Positions 18,442 to 30,056 of a stretch of DNA of 64,000 nucleotides are shown piece by piece. Positions within the stretch are counted from its first letter, which is position 1; each line of letters starts with the position of its first letter. The notes below the pieces were generated by a model. It made no database searches. It worked only from the letters and a program-made list of their open reading frames with translations, and was not told the DNA's origin. Origin of the DNA: an uncultured bacterium (GTDB taxonomy: Bacteria; Chloroflexota; Dormibacteria; Aeolococcales; Aeolococcaceae); NCBI GenBank assembly GCA_963716555.1, contig CAVQTJ010000019.1, positions 168,241-232,240 of the forward strand, read 5' to 3'. The translations under genes and the position numbers were made by a program.

Positions 18442-19350
18442 ATGAGAGGGCAACGCTTCCTGGCTGTGGTTGCCCCCGTGCTGTTGGTGGGCTTGGGGCT
18501 CAGCGTTCCCGTCACCGCCTCCGCCAGCAGCGAGCCCAGCTACTACCTGGCGCTGGGCGACTCCCTCTCGGTTGGCTTCCAACCGACCTTCTCCCACCCG
18601 ACCGGTACGCCCACCGATCGCGGTTATGCCAGTGACCTCCATGACGCGCTGCGGCTGCGCGACCCAGGCCTCCAGCTGGTGAAGCTGGGGTGCCCCGGCG
18701 AGACCTCGACCACGATGATGGACGGGAGTGGAGGACTCAATCCGTACTGTCCTGAGTACGCAAGCCCGGCCTCCTCGCAGCTGTCAGCGGCCCTGGCCTT
18801 CCTCGAGAAGCATCCCGGCCAGGTCTCGCTGGTGACCATCGACATCGGTGCGAACGACGTGGACGGCTGTTTCATACCCACGGAAACGGCGGCGGAGATC
18901 GAGGCCTGCGTCTTCGCCGCAGTCCCGACCCTGGCCGCCAACCTTGGCGGGATCCTGCACCAGATCGTGGAGACCTTGGCGAGCCTGGACCCCGGCGGCC
19001 GCATCATGGGCATGAACTACTACGACCCCTTCCTGGCCGACTATCTGAGTCCGGGCGGCCAGACCCTGGCCGAGGGGTCGGTGGAGCTTGCCGACGCGGT
19101 CAACGCTGAGCTTGCGACGGTCTACGGCGATTTCAGGGTCCCGGTGGCCGGCGTGGCCGGCGCGTTCCAGACCGACAACTTCGGCCTGATCCCCTTCATC
19201 CACATCCCGACTAATGTCGCCCTGATCTGCGCCTGGACCTGGATGTGCGCGCCCTCGCCCTACGGACCCAACATCCACGCCAACGACATCGGCTACGCGG
19301 TGATCGCCGGGACCTTCCTCGCCGAGCTGCGCGGACACGGCTTCCCCTGA
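18442..19350 (+). CDS. Secreted SGNH/GDSL hydrolase
   Basis: The ATG at 18442 is preceded by GGGAGGAG. There is a signal-peptide-like N-terminus (MRGQRFLAVVAPVLLVGLGLSVPVTASA) followed by YYLALGDSLSVG (SGNH block I). Confidence 0.75.
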   Translation: MRGQRFLAVVAPVLLVGLGLSVPVTASASSEPSYYLALGDSLSVGFQPTFSHPTGTPTDRGYASDLHDALRLRDPGLQLVKLGCPGETSTTMMDGSGGLNPYCPEYASPASSQLSAALAFLEKHPGQVSLVTIDIGANDVDGCFIPTETAAEIEACVFAAVPTLAANLGGILHQIVETLASLDPGGRIMGMNYYDPFLADYLSPGGQTLAEGSVELADAVNAELATVYGDFRVPVAGVAGAFQTDNFGLIPFIHIPTNVALICAWTWMCAPSPYGPNIHANDIGYAVIAGTFLAELRGHGFP

Positions 19351-19434
19351 TCCCCTGATCGCGGTCGTGAGCCCTGATGTCCGGGTGATGTCCGTGCCCG
19401 GCCGGTAGCCTCCCGACGGAGGAGCACGCGCATG
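19338..19434 (+). repeat. Direct repeat, copy 1 (includes the last codons of the SGNH gene and a Shine-Dalgarno sequence plus ATG)
   Basis: CGGCTTCCCCTGATCCCCTGATC (23/23 identical to 20029-20051). Then GAGCCCTGATGTCCGGGTGATGTCCGTGCCCGGCCGGTAGCCT (about 85% identical to copy 2). It ends in AGGAGCACGCGCATG (15/15 identical). Confidence 0.8.
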
Positions 19435-19511
19435 GGAGCGTTTGTCAATATGTCCCGCGGGCGCTCGAATACCCCGGCGCCGGTCCGGCAGAGGCCTGCT
19501 CCTCCGGCAGG

Positions 19512-19994
19512 TCAGACCGGGCCGAGCGCAGCTATGAAGCCCCAAACGAACACCGGGACGGCGAGGCAGAAGAAGGCTACCGCTGAGGGTGAGGGGCGGT
19601 GCAGCTGTCGCCTCAGCTCGAGGGAGAGTGCGACCGAGCTGACCGCCCCGCAGACGCCGAAGAGAGATGGGACGATCTCGTACGGCCATGCGGCCCATCC
19701 GAGCAAGGCGGCGCCAATCCACTCGAGGGCCGCCGCTGCTGCAAGGTAGGTGCGGTTGTCCCCACGCAATGAGGCGACGACGATGACCAGGGCACCTGGG
19801 CCAATCAGCGCGAGTCCGAATGCGACGCTGGCGCTTGAGTACAAGACCCCGAGCGCGCACAGGCCAATGCCGAGAGCAACGATGCAGCCCATGCCCAGGG
19901 CATTTATCTGTATTGGCACCGCCGAAGTCGCTGGGCGAGGTGCCTGACCACCGCGAGCGCTTCCCTCGGCCGGCCGTGGCGGCGTCAGAGTCAT
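19512..19994 (-). CDS. Small hypothetical membrane protein (about 4 TM)
   Basis: 160-aa ORF with clear hydrophobic helices (GCIVALGIGLCALGVLY, FGLALIGPGALVIVVASL, ...). I prefer it over the antisense 19432..19749 ORF, which is R/P/A-rich and of low complexity. Confidence 0.5.
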   Translation of the reverse strand: MTLTPPRPAEGSARGGQAPRPATSAVPIQINALGMGCIVALGIGLCALGVLYSSASVAFGLALIGPGALVIVVASLRGDNRTYLAAAAALEWIGAALLGWAAWPYEIVPSLFGVCGAVSSVALSLELRRQLHRPSPSAVAFFCLAVPVFVWGFIAALGPV

Positions 19995-20028
19995 TCGGCG
20001 TTCCCGTCATACCACGTCTGCGGGAGTG

Positions 20029-20196
20029 CGGCTTCCCCTGATCCCCTGATCTCGCTCCGGAGCCGCAAATGTCCGCGTGATGTCCGCGCCCGCCCGGTAG
20101 CCTGGGCTCGCTGTTCCGAGCCGCCGGAGGTCCAGCCCTCCGGCCGGCCCCGGGTGGCGGGCCAGGGGCACCCCGAGGGAGAGGAGCACGCGCATG
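20029..20196 (+). repeat. Direct repeat, copy 2 (with a ~75-nt internal insertion); 5' region of the VirB3-like gene
   Basis: It has the same three blocks as 19338-19434. The extra segment 20104-20178 is inserted before the shared AGGAGCACGCGCATG, which supplies the start codon of 20194..21429. Confidence 0.8.
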
Positions 20197-21429
20197 CCGG
20201 AGGTCGACTTCGCTGACGGATTCGACGTCAGCGAACCACTCCTCTGGGGCCTGACCCCGGCGCAGCTCGGCACGGTGGTGGGTGGGGCCATCCTCGCCTA
20301 CCTGGCCCTGCGCTCGCCGCTGCCGGTCGCGGCGGGGGTGGCCATCGGGACGGCGGTGGTCGGGGCGGCTCTGGCGGTGACTCTGGTGCGTATCGAGGGG
20401 CGGACGCTGCTCTCGTGGATGGCCGCGGCGGCCCGCTTCCGGGCCCGACCCCACCACGGCATGCTGGCTCTCGGTGCTGCGGGGGAGGTCCCGGCGACCG
20501 GCCCGGGCCCCCGTCGCGTCCCTCTGGTCCTGGTGCCCGAGCCGGCGGGCGGCGTCGCCGATTCCGCGCAGCTCGAGGCTCCGGTTCGGCCCCGCGGCAC
20601 CCGAGGGTGGGAGAGCCGTTCCGAGAACGGCCGGCGCGCCACCCGCCGGATCACCTTCTTCTCTCTGGCCGGGGGCAGCGGGCGCAGCACCCTCGCCGCG
20701 GAGGTGTCGGGGCTGCTGGCGAGCCGATCGGCGGTCCCCTGGGCGGGGCCGGCGATCGCTCTGATGGATCTCGACCTGGGGTGCCCCAGGGCGAGCCTGC
20801 GGCTGGGGGTCCCCCTGCAACCCGGGTGGGCCGAGGCGGCGGCGGTGCCCGCGACCGGGGCCGTGGACCGCCTGCTCCACGTCCACCGGACCGGTCTCCG
20901 GGTGCTGGCCGGGCCTGCCGGGGTGCCGCTCGCCTGGCTGGACGATCGGCAGCTGCCGGGCCGCCTCTCCTGGCTTCTCGGGGAGGTCGAGAACCAGGGC
21001 TGCGAGGTCGTCGTGCTCGACGTGCCGGCCGGGCTGGGTCCGGTGACCCGCTGGGCGCTGGAGGCGGCTCACGACGTGTTCGTGGTGCTGACCCCGACCG
21101 CCGGAGGGGTGCAGGACGCCTACCGGAGCACCGAGGCGCTGCGCCGGCTCGGCCACGGTCGCAAGATCCGCCACGTCGCCAACCGGGCGGGCGGCGCGCG
21201 GGTCTTCACCGAAGCCATGCAGGACCTGGGCGGCTCGATCGTCGCCGTGGTCCCGGAGGATCCAGCCCTGGTCCGGGCCGAGGCGGAGCATCGCCTGCTC
21301 GGCATCGAGAGCGCGGGGGCCACCGCCCGGGCGCTGCGAGCTCTGGCCACCGTCGTGGACGCCCGTCTGGCGGCGCCGCCGGCCCGGCTGGGGATGGGCC
21401 GCCGCCTGCTCCGCCGCCGCGCCGGCTGA
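20194..21429 (+). CDS. PrgI/VirB3-like membrane domain fused to a TadZ/CpaE/ParA-like NTPase domain with a degenerate Walker A
   Basis: The N-terminus DVSEPLLWGLTPAQLGTVVGGAILAYLAL plus a second TM helix fits the PrgI-family pattern. The C-terminal ~260 aa are MinD/ParA-like (ITFFSLAGGSGRSTLAAEV, VVVLDVPAG, VFVVLTP), but AGGSGRS replaces the deviant Walker A KGGxGK[ST]. Confidence 0.6.
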   Translation: MPEVDFADGFDVSEPLLWGLTPAQLGTVVGGAILAYLALRSPLPVAAGVAIGTAVVGAALAVTLVRIEGRTLLSWMAAAARFRARPHHGMLALGAAGEVPATGPGPRRVPLVLVPEPAGGVADSAQLEAPVRPRGTRGWESRSENGRRATRRITFFSLAGGSGRSTLAAEVSGLLASRSAVPWAGPAIALMDLDLGCPRASLRLGVPLQPGWAEAAAVPATGAVDRLLHVHRTGLRVLAGPAGVPLAWLDDRQLPGRLSWLLGEVENQGCEVVVLDVPAGLGPVTRWALEAAHDVFVVLTPTAGGVQDAYRSTEALRRLGHGRKIRHVANRAGGARVFTEAMQDLGGSIVAVVPEDPALVRAEAEHRLLGIESAGATARALRALATVVDARLAAPPARLGMGRRLLRRRAG

Positions 21430-21436
21430 ACCCTCA

Positions 21437-23530
21437 ATGAGGCGTGTGGCGCGGCCGCGTGCCCGACGCCCGGTGCCGGGAATGCAGCAGGTCAGGGTCG
21501 ACCGCGACCGGGTCCTGACCCCCGACGGCCTGCAGCTTGGGATCCTGCTCTGCGACGAGGTCGACCTGCTCGCCCAGGAGCCGTGGCGCCGCGAGGCGGC
21601 GATTGGGGCTCTCGAGGCCCTGCTGCGCAGCCTCGCCTCCGAGCTGGTGCTGGCGATCAGGGTCCGCCGAGCCCGCCCGGATGATCCCGGCGGCGATCCG
21701 GATGAGCGCCAGGACGAGCTGAGCACCGCGCTGCGGGACCACTGGCGTGACCGTCTCGCCGGCCTCCCCGCGTTCCACCGCCAGGTGGCTGCGATCCTGC
21801 GCGACCCCGATGCGCGAACTCTGGATCGCGAGCTCGGTTCCCTCGCGGACGCGCTGGCCGCCGCCGGCATCCCCGCCCGGCGGCTCGCCGGCCCGGAGCT
21901 CCGCGAGCATCTGAGCCAGGCCGGCCTCGACCTCACCCGGATGGCCTGGGCCGAGCAGCCCGGGCAGGCGTGGCTGGGCGAGCGAATGGCCCGGGCGGCG
22001 ATCCTCGACCGCCTGCCCGGAGGGAGGGTCGACGCCGGCTGGCTCGCAGCCCTGGTTCGCTGCCCCGCCGAGGCCGACATCGCGGTGCACCTGGTGCCCA
22101 CCTCCGCTCAGCACGCCACCCGATTGCTGGGCCGCCGGCTGCGTCACCTGGGAGCCCACCGGCTGCTGGAGAGCGAGCGGGGGCTGGTCCCCGATGCTGC
22201 GGTGGAGACGGGCCTGGAGGCCGCCCGGCGGCTGCGCGACCGCCTGGCCCGCAACACCGGACGACCGCTCCGCCTGTGGCTCACCGCGGTGGCCCTGGGG
22301 GATGACGCCGACCAATTGAGCCTGGGCTGGGGACGGCTGCGCGGAGCGTTCGCCGCCACCTCCGCAGGGTGCAGGCCGGCCCATTTCGAGCACCTGAGCG
22401 CGACTCTTCCACCTGGGCGCTCGCTCCTCCCGCGGGGCCCGGCAAGCTGGTCGACTCCCACGCCGCGGCGAGCTGCGCCCCGTGGCTGCAGACCAGCATC
22501 CAGGACCCGGGCGGCTACCGAGTTCGGCAGGATGGCCGACAGCGGCCTGCCGGTGAGCGTCGCCCCCTTCGACCAGGCCCGCCACGTCAACGCCAACATC
22601 GGGATCTTCGCCGCCTCCGGGCAGGGCAAGAGCTTCCTGATCGGGGGCCTGCTGGTCGAGGCCCGGCGCCTCGGGGTCGACGCCATCGTGGTGGATCCCG
22701 AGGGCGAGTACCGGGGCCTGGTGCGCCGGCTGGGCGGGGAATGGCTGGACCTGGTGACCCAGGCGGCGATCAATCCGTTCGACCTCGGCGAGGATGACGG
22801 CTCCGCCTGCGCCGCGGTGGTGGATGTCTGCGCCCTGCTCTGCGCGGGGATCACCGAGGTCGAGCGCGCCGCCGTGGAGACCGCCGCCCGCGAGGTCCAG
22901 CTGACGGCTCGGGGCGAGGGCGGGCGGGGGCGGCTGCGGGCGTGCCTGGAGCCTTTGGATCGCACGGCGCCGAGGGTGGCGCGGGTGCTCGGCCGCTTCC
23001 TCGACGGCGGCCTCGCCGGCTTCCTGGACCGGCCCACCTCACCCGCCTGGTCGCGCCCCCTGCTCGCCGTCGGCCACCGCGAGGTCCGCGAGGAGCTGGT
23101 CCCGGTCACCACCCTGCTGCTGGGCCGGATGCTCTGGGAGCTGGTCCGTCGGGTGCCCCGCCGCCGCCACATCATCCTGGACGAGGTCGGAATGCTCAGC
23201 GCCCACCCAGCGCTGCGTGAGCTGCTCGCCCAGCTGGCCCGGCGCTGCCGCAAGTACGGCAGCTCCCTGGTGGTGGCGACCCAGAACGTCCAGGACCTGC
23301 TGCGCAGCGACGAGGGCACGGTGGTGGCGAGCAATTGCGCGGTGGTGTTGTGCGGAGGTCACCGGGCCGTCGAGGTGGGCGCCATGGAGCGTGCCTTCGG
23401 CCTCACCGAGGACCAGCGGCGGCGTTTGGAGCGGGCGCCGCGAGGTGAGTTCCTGCTCCTCGCCGGCACCCGGCGGGGGGTCATCCAGGTCGACCTGCCG
23501 GCCGCCTATGGAGAGATGATCAGGAGCTGA
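21437..23530 (+). CDS. VirB4/TrsE-like type IV secretion ATPase
   Basis: 697-aa ORF with Walker A GIFAASGQGKSFLIGG and Walker B RRHIILDEVGML. It lies immediately downstream of a VirB3-like gene, which is the canonical synteny. Residues around nt 22420-22520 read better in another frame (see findings). Confidence 0.7.
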   Translation: MRRVARPRARRPVPGMQQVRVDRDRVLTPDGLQLGILLCDEVDLLAQEPWRREAAIGALEALLRSLASELVLAIRVRRARPDDPGGDPDERQDELSTALRDHWRDRLAGLPAFHRQVAAILRDPDARTLDRELGSLADALAAAGIPARRLAGPELREHLSQAGLDLTRMAWAEQPGQAWLGERMARAAILDRLPGGRVDAGWLAALVRCPAEADIAVHLVPTSAQHATRLLGRRLRHLGAHRLLESERGLVPDAAVETGLEAARRLRDRLARNTGRPLRLWLTAVALGDDADQLSLGWGRLRGAFAATSAGCRPAHFEHLSATLPPGRSLLPRGPASWSTPTPRRAAPRGCRPASRTRAATEFGRMADSGLPVSVAPFDQARHVNANIGIFAASGQGKSFLIGGLLVEARRLGVDAIVVDPEGEYRGLVRRLGGEWLDLVTQAAINPFDLGEDDGSACAAVVDVCALLCAGITEVERAAVETAAREVQLTARGEGGRGRLRACLEPLDRTAPRVARVLGRFLDGGLAGFLDRPTSPAWSRPLLAVGHREVREELVPVTTLLLGRMLWELVRRVPRRRHIILDEVGMLSAHPALRELLAQLARRCRKYGSSLVVATQNVQDLLRSDEGTVVASNCAVVLCGGHRAVEVGAMERAFGLTEDQRRRLERAPRGEFLLLAGTRRGVIQVDLPAAYGEMIRS

Positions 23531-23538
23531 GAAACCCC

Positions 23539-23567
23539 TTGACTCCACGCTGCCCCCGAACCAATAT
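23539..23567 (+). promoter_or_regulatory. Candidate sigma-70-type promoter of nrdJ
   Basis: TTGACT (23539-23544), a 17-nt spacer, then CAATAT (23562-23567). The -10 element overlaps candidate NrdR box 1. Confidence 0.35.
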
Positions 23568-23603
23568 ATGGGGGCTCCAGCTCGGGCGGACCCCAAGATG
23601 TGG
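23561..23603 (+). promoter_or_regulatory. Two candidate NrdR boxes
   Basis: CCAATATATGG (23561-23571) and CCAAGATGTGG (23593-23603). Both have the form CCA-N5-TGG with an AT-rich core, and their centres are 32 bp apart. They lie directly upstream of a ribonucleotide reductase gene. Confidence 0.45.
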
Positions 23604-23723
23604 GATAATTGGGCCAGATACGACCCTGATGTGGCCGGGCTCGACCGACTGGAGAAGCCCCCCGGTGGGACGTGGGTTCCCAAGAGTCGCGCCCGAACAC
23701 CTCAGCAGGAGAGGAATCACAAA

Positions 23724-27086
<3,363 letters not shown>

Positions 27087-27111
27087 TGTCACGCGACAAA
27101 TAGATGAAACA

Positions 27112-27156
27112 TCGCCTCTGAATTCGAGGCGACAAGAAAGATGAAACGTCTTTCTT
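27112..27156. terminator. Two adjacent hairpins in a low-GC spacer after nrdJ
   Basis: Hairpin 1 is TCGCCTC-TGAATTC-GAGGCGA (27112-27132). Hairpin 2 is AAGAAAGA-TGAAACG-TCTTTCTT (27134-27156), followed by CTAT. AGATGAAAC occurs twice (27102-27110 and 27139-27147). Confidence 0.5.
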
Positions 27157-27289
27157 CTATATGGAACCGCGAGGCGGGCAGGTGACCGAACGATACGGGC
27201 CCACCACCGACCCCAACGGGGCATGCGCCATGTCTGATCATATCGCCCTTCTGGTGGAGCCCGAGACCATCCGCCCCTCTCGCAATCGC

Positions 27290-27565
27290 CTTGTCCTGCT
27301 CCTCGAGGCCGTGGCCGTAGATGGACAGCAGGGTGATGGTGGAGTGACCGGCCGGGCGGGCCGCCGCGTGGGGGGTGTAGCCAGCGGCCAGCCAGGCGCT
27401 GAGCGCCGAGTAGCGCAGGTCGTGGACCCGCAGCCACCAGTGCGGCGAGTGGCAGCGCGGGCACTCCGGCCCCCTCGTACCCGGCAGCATCGCCAGATGC
27501 CAGTCGACCTGGGCCGCAGCCTGCTCCGCCGTGAGGCGAGCCGGACTCCATGAGGGCCGGGATGT
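27290..27565 (-). pseudogene. Relic of a tyrosine recombinase (integrase); only the C-terminal catalytic segment remains
   Basis: The minus-strand frame reads ...ARLTAEQAAAQVDWHLAMLPG...WWLRVHDLRYSALSAWLAAGYTPHAAARPAGHSTITLLSIYGHGLEEQD. This gives the HxLR / GH / Y catalytic pattern, but the roughly 250 aa that should precede it are absent and a stop lies just upstream. Confidence 0.55.
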
Positions 27566-27972
27566 CCATCACGGGTATTCCCGTTCGTTGACATCACGAC
27601 CGCTCCCCACCACCGGATGACGGACGGACCGTCACGGCCGGCGGGGCAGGCGGGAACCACAGATGGAGAACCACGATGAGCCCGTCCATCCCCTGCCAGC
27701 TGACCTTGGGGCCGCGGCCCCTGAGCGCCGTCGAGATCCGTGCCATGGACGCCCGGATGGGCACCTTCGCCGCTGGGGCCTCGACCCTCTTCGCGGCGAT
27801 CACCCGGCCGGCGCGGCTCGTCGCCACCGCGACCCGCAAGCTGCGCGGGGCGCCGGCGGGAGCCGAGCCCGCGTCCTCCGCCCACAGTCAGGGTGCCGGG
27901 GCGCCGGCTGCCATCCTCCGGTAGGCATGGCAGCCCGGACGCCCACGGATCCCATCACAGGAGGAATGCCCA

Positions 27973-28305
27973 ATGGCCAGATATGCGATCTCGATGTACG
28001 CCCCGGCGGAGGAGCCGGCGGCGGACCGGGGCCCCGGAGGTCGCGAGCCGTACGACCGCTACGCCACGGCTCTGCGGGCCTCGGGTGCCCTGGTGGCGGC
28101 TTTCGCGCTCGACCGGACGGCGGCGGCGACCTCGATGCGGGGGACCATGGTCACCGACGGACCCTTCGCCGAGACCAAGGAGGTGGTCATCGGCCTCTAC
28201 GTGGTCGAGGCGGCCGACCTGGCCGCCGCCCTGGAGATCGCCCGGCGCAACCCGATCCTCGCCGACGGCGGGGGGATCGAGGTGCGGGCGGTCGAACCAG
28301 ACTGA
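27973..28305 (+). CDS. YCII-related (DGPF-motif) domain protein
   Basis: 110-aa ORF with [35 protein letters not shown], the YCII signature. Confidence 0.75.
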   Translation: MARYAISMYAPAEEPAADRGPGGREPYDRYATALRASGALVAAFALDRTAAATSMRGTMVTDGPFAETKEVVIGLYVVEAADLAAALEIARRNPILADGGGIEVRAVEPD

Positions 28306-28354
28306 GATCAAAGATGTCCATGTCAGAGCCCGCCGCACACTGGGGGACGGCGCC

Positions 28355-28735
28355 ATGAAATACATGCTGCTCATCACCGCCGAGGAGGGGGCCGCCCTGG
28401 GTCCCGACGAGGCCGCCGAGACCGAGAGACTGATGTCCCTGTGGCTGGAGGATACCATCGGGCGGGGGGTGAACCTGCACGGGGGCAGACTGCGGCCGGT
28501 CAGCACCGCCACCAGCGTGCGGGTGCGTGACGGCAACGTCCTGGTGACCGACGGCCCCTTTGCGGAGACCAAGGAACAGATCGGCGGGTACGATGTGATC
28601 GAGTGCGCCGACCTCGACGAGGCCATCGACGTGGCATCCCGGCACCCGGTGGCCCGTTTCGGTTGCATCGAGGTGCGCCCCTTCGTCGACGACCTCCAGG
28701 CCGTGGCCCGGCAGGGGGGCGCAGCCCCGGGGTGA
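28355..28735 (+). CDS. YCII-related domain protein
   Basis: MKYMLLI...[47 protein letters not shown]. The ATG at 28355 lies within the longer track ORF 27740..28735. Confidence 0.75.
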   Translation: MKYMLLITAEEGAALGPDEAAETERLMSLWLEDTIGRGVNLHGGRLRPVSTATSVRVRDGNVLVTDGPFAETKEQIGGYDVIECADLDEAIDVASRHPVARFGCIEVRPFVDDLQAVARQGGAAPG

Positions 28736-28748
28736 GACCGTCCCAGGC

Positions 28749-30026
28749 GTGTCGGCGATGGTGACCGGCGCCCCGCAGCCGAGCGTCGACGCCGCGGTCG
28801 CCGAGGCGTTCCGGGCGGAGTGGGGCCGAATCGTGGCCAGCCTGATCGCCATGACCCGGGACTGGGACCTGGCTGAGGAGTGTGCTCAGGATGCGTTCGT
28901 TCAGGCCCTGCAGCGCTGGCGCCGCGATGGGATTCCGCTTCGGCCCGGCGGCTGGCTGATGACCGTGGCCCGCAACCGCGCTCTCGACCGGCTGCGCCGC
29001 AGCGCGGTGGAGGCCAGCAAGCTCAAGCAGGCGGTGGAGGAAGAGCCGCCCGACGCGGGCACGGAAGACGGCACGTCCAGCATCCCCGACGATCGCCTGG
29101 AGCTGATCTTCACCTGCTGCCATCCAGCTCTTCCCATGGATGCCCAGGTGGCCCTGACCCTGCGCTCGCTGGCCGGGTTGACCACGGCGGAGATCGCCCG
29201 GGCATTCCTGGTGCCGGAGGCGACCATGGCCAAGCGCCTGGTGCGGGCCAAGCAGAAGATCCGCGATGCGGGCATCCCATTCCGGGTGCCACCGCCCCAG
29301 CTGCTGCCCGAGCGCATCGCCGGGGTGCTCGCGGTCCTCTACCTGCTCTTCAACGAGGGTTACTCAGCGAGCGCCGGAAGCGACATGCTCCGCGAGGGGC
29401 TGGCCGCGGAGGCGATCCGGCTGGCCCGGACGCTGGCGGGGCTGATGCCCGACGAGCCGGAGGCGGCGGGCCTCCTCGCGCTGATGCTCTTCCAGCACTC
29501 GAGGCGCGAGGCGCGCCTCGACGCGGGCGGCGACCTGGTCACGCTCGAGGAGCAGGATCGCCGTCGCTGGGACGGCGTCGAGATCGGGGAAGCGCTTCGC
29601 GTCCTCTCCTCCACCGTGGATCGGGGAGACCTCGGCCCCTACCGGCTCCAGGCGGCGATCGCCTCCTGTCATGCCACCGCCCCGGAGCCTGCGGCCACCA
29701 ACTGGGTGGCGATCGCCAACCTCTACGCGCGCCTCGCCGAGGTCACTCCCTCCCCGGTGGTCGAGCTGAACCACGCCGTGGCCCTGGCCATGGCCGACGG
29801 CATCGAGGTCGGCCTTGCCAGGGTCGACGCCCTGGAAAAGTCGGGGGCACTCTCCGGCTACCACCTGCTGGCAGCGACCAGGGCGGACCTGCTGCGACGC
29901 CTGGGCCGCCACGAGGATGCGGCGGTCAGCTACCGGCAAGCCCTGGAGCTCGTGGCCACCAACGCCGAGCGTCGTTACCTGGAGCGAAGGCTGCGCGAGG
30001 TGAGCGGCCGGCACCGCTCCGCGTGA
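28749..30026 (+). CDS. ECF-type sigma-70 factor with a long C-terminal extension (the type usually paired with YCII genes)
   Basis: 425-aa ORF. Region 2 has [12 protein letters not shown]...[16 protein letters not shown]. Region 4 has [28 protein letters not shown]. About 230 aa of helical extension follow. Confidence 0.75.
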   Translation: MSAMVTGAPQPSVDAAVAEAFRAEWGRIVASLIAMTRDWDLAEECAQDAFVQALQRWRRDGIPLRPGGWLMTVARNRALDRLRRSAVEASKLKQAVEEEPPDAGTEDGTSSIPDDRLELIFTCCHPALPMDAQVALTLRSLAGLTTAEIARAFLVPEATMAKRLVRAKQKIRDAGIPFRVPPPQLLPERIAGVLAVLYLLFNEGYSASAGSDMLREGLAAEAIRLARTLAGLMPDEPEAAGLLALMLFQHSRREARLDAGGDLVTLEEQDRRRWDGVEIGEALRVLSSTVDRGDLGPYRLQAAIASCHATAPEPAATNWVAIANLYARLAEVTPSPVVELNHAVALAMADGIEVGLARVDALEKSGALSGYHLLAATRADLLRRLGRHEDAAVSYRQALELVATNAERRYLERRLREVSGRHRSA

Positions 30027-30056
30027 GAATTTTTCCGCCTTGCAAGAGGAGAGCCC

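Noticed and set aside
19432-19749. The plus-strand 105-aa ORF that starts at the duplicated AGGAGCACGCGCATG of repeat copy 1.
   Set aside because: The translation (MGAFVNMSRGRSNTPAPVRQRPAPPAG...) is low-complexity. It lies antisense to a convincing 4-TM ORF. The shared Shine-Dalgarno sequence and ATG are probably just a duplicated 5' end, although a short remnant peptide cannot be excluded.
18784-22101. Very long ORFs in the track: 18784..22101(-) at 1105 aa, 49415..52420(-) at 1001 aa, 23520..25529(-) at 669 aa, 37899..39761(+) at 620 aa, 47331..49001(-) at 556 aa, and others.
   Set aside because: They are antisense to genes with clear family motifs (SGNH, VirB4, ftsH, nrdJ, SBP5, quinone reductase). 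Their translations are R/P/G/A-rich low-complexity text, as expected for stop-poor alternative frames in GC-rich DNA.
23531-23723. A cobalamin riboswitch in the nrdJ leader.
   Set aside because: I looked for the conserved B12-box-like core and a long structured leader and did not see them. The leader is better explained by NrdR-type boxes. An Rfam scan would settle it.
27594-27885. Possible additional integrase fragments upstream of the HDLRY/GHS/Y segment, for example AAKVPIRASMARISTALRG in ORF 27594..27839(-).
   Set aside because: The resemblance to the R-x-V-P-L region of tyrosine recombinases is too weak to call without a profile search. Only the C-terminal segment is annotated.
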